Made by a program: the position numbers and the translations under genes. Of a stretch of DNA of 64,000 bases, positions 63,185 to 64,000 are shown in pieces. The DNA comes from Candidatus Dormibacteria bacterium. GTDB taxonomy: Bacteria > Chloroflexota > Dormibacteria > DASZGP01. The stretch lies in the NCBI GenBank assembly GCA_046262455.1, contig JBHEMS010000055.1:2315-66314 (forward strand). The letters run 5' to 3'. Under the pieces are notes generated by a model. It worked only from the letters and a program-made list of their open reading frames with translations, ran no database searches and was not told where the DNA came from. Each line of letters begins with the position of its first letter. Positions within the stretch are counted from its first letter, which is position 1.

Positions 63185-63849
63185 GGCAACCACCAGGAAC
63201 CGAGGTCGGCGACGAGATGGGCGGCGGCGCACGCGGTTGTGCTGTTGGTGCGTTCGCGAAGCCATCCGAACAGAAGGCCCACGCCAAAGTCCAGTGGGAT
63301 CGCGGCGGGTCCGTAGGCCGCGACGTGGATCGCTGCGAAGAGGATGGCTGTCGCCACGATCGCCGGGGTGACCCCGACGGCGCCGCCCAGCGCGGGCTGC
63401 AGCACGCCCCGCAGGAAGACCTCCTCAGCCGGGGCGATGACCAGCAGCGCGCCGCTGTACACCAGGAGTGACGGAGGGGCGACGTACCACGCCCGGGGAG
63501 GAAGGCCTGCCGCACTGAGCCACAAGCCCGGTAGCAGGAGTGCGAGGCCGAGTCCGATGCCGGCGGCGAGGGCCCGCGGTCTCGAGTTCCCCATCGCCGG
63601 GCGCGAAACGACAGCGATCGCGAGGAGGACGATGGCAAAGACGAGGCCAGCCGCCGGCTCGCCCGTGGTACCGGCCAGGATCGAGCGCAGGGTGACTGCG
63701 CCCACCAGGGAGGTCGACAGGAGCAGGGGCCTGCGCAGCGCGGGCCGGCGGTCGAGGGTGGCGGTCAGCGAGGCAGCGGCACCATGGCGACCTGGCCGGT
63801 GGCCAGGACGGCAGGCCACACGGTCACGCTCTTGCGGTAACCCTGCCAT
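63181..63849 (-). CDS. CPBP (CAAX/Abi) family intramembrane glutamic endopeptidase
   Basis: Motifs EEVFLRG (EExxxR), FAAIH (FxxxH) and HLVAD. The start is possibly GTG 63705, because 63849 overlaps the upstream reading frame by 85 nt. Confidence 0.8.
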   Translation of the reverse strand: MAGLPQERDRVACRPGHRPGRHGAAASLTATLDRRPALRRPLLLSTSLVGAVTLRSILAGTTGEPAAGLVFAIVLLAIAVVSRPAMGNSRPRALAAGIGLGLALLLPGLWLSAAGLPPRAWYVAPPSLLVYSGALLVIAPAEEVFLRGVLQPALGGAVGVTPAIVATAILFAAIHVAAYGPAAIPLDFGVGLLFGWLRERTNSTTACAAAHLVADLGSWWLP

Positions 63850-64000
63850 TGCCAGACGACGCTGGACGCTCGCAGGTTCTGCCCGCGGTCCGCCGCCGCC
63901 TGGCTGAACATGATCCCGGCGCCATTGGGCAGCGCGCCGTTGGGCAGGTCGGCAGCCTCGGCCGCCGCGGTTATGCCGGCCGCGTCCAGGGAGCGTGCCC
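63765..64000 (-). CDS. 3' end of an unidentified gene whose start lies beyond the window
   Basis: The minus-strand frame is open from the window edge to TGA (63767..63765). It shows a strong G/C third-position bias and ends ...SSVVWQWQGYRKSVTVWPAVLATGQVAMVPLPR. It is absent from the ORF track because no start codon of sufficient length lies in the window. Confidence 0.4.
   Translation of the reverse strand, partial: ARSLDAAGITAAAEAADLPNGALPNGAGIMFSQAAADRGQNLRASSVVWQWQGYRKSVTVWPAVLATGQVAMVPLPR

Overview
High-G+C bacterial chromosomal segment (about two-thirds G+C by eye), densely coding on both strands. I saw no rRNA, CRISPR array, transposase or integrase.

Left third: envelope and cell-division housekeeping genes (a 5'-truncated ABC permease, secA, prfB with its programmed +1 frameshift, and ftsE-ftsX-M23 peptidase-S41 protease). 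These are interleaved with five polytopic GT-C/GT87-like membrane glycosyltransferase candidates. They are followed by an lpd-E1alpha-E1beta-E2-lipA 2-oxoacid dehydrogenase operon, tRNA-Val and tRNA-Phe, infA, and two isocitrate/isopropylmalate-dehydrogenase-family genes.

Middle: a CYTH protein, an mrfA/mrfB-like helicase-exonuclease pair, a second M23 peptidase, a stand-alone LigD polymerase domain and a cNMP-binding protein. Next come a LuxR-STAND regulator, a ~1212-aa secreted metzincin-like/TolB-propeller protein, a small Cys-containing secreted protein and a convergent zinc-ribbon/cyclase/STAND/TPR protein.

Right third: tRNA-Gly, then a second PDH-type E1alpha-E1beta-E2 operon whose E1alpha carries a ~135-aa low-complexity tail and which is preceded by two unknown helical proteins. 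A divergent AAA+ (ChlI/MoxR-like)-VWA-FKBP lipoprotein operon follows, then acyltransferase and SRPBCC genes. tRNA-Cys is followed by a compositionally lighter accessory block: GrpB, a methyltransferase, a triple zinc-ribbon ClpX-ZBD-like protein, TetR plus an alpha/beta hydrolase with a perfect operator palindrome, and an apparently leaderless DUF222-HNH gene. A CPBP protease operon ends the window.

Gene content suggests an Actinomycetota-like or other Terrabacteria lineage; a database search would be needed to confirm this.

Best candidates for undescribed biology:
- the orphan AAA+/VWA/FKBP operon together with the divergent unknown pair and the tailed PDH operon;
- the STAND-flanked secreted pseudo-metzincin locus;
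- the tandem ClpX-zinc-finger protein.

All functional calls come from motif and architecture recognition by eye. No searches were run.
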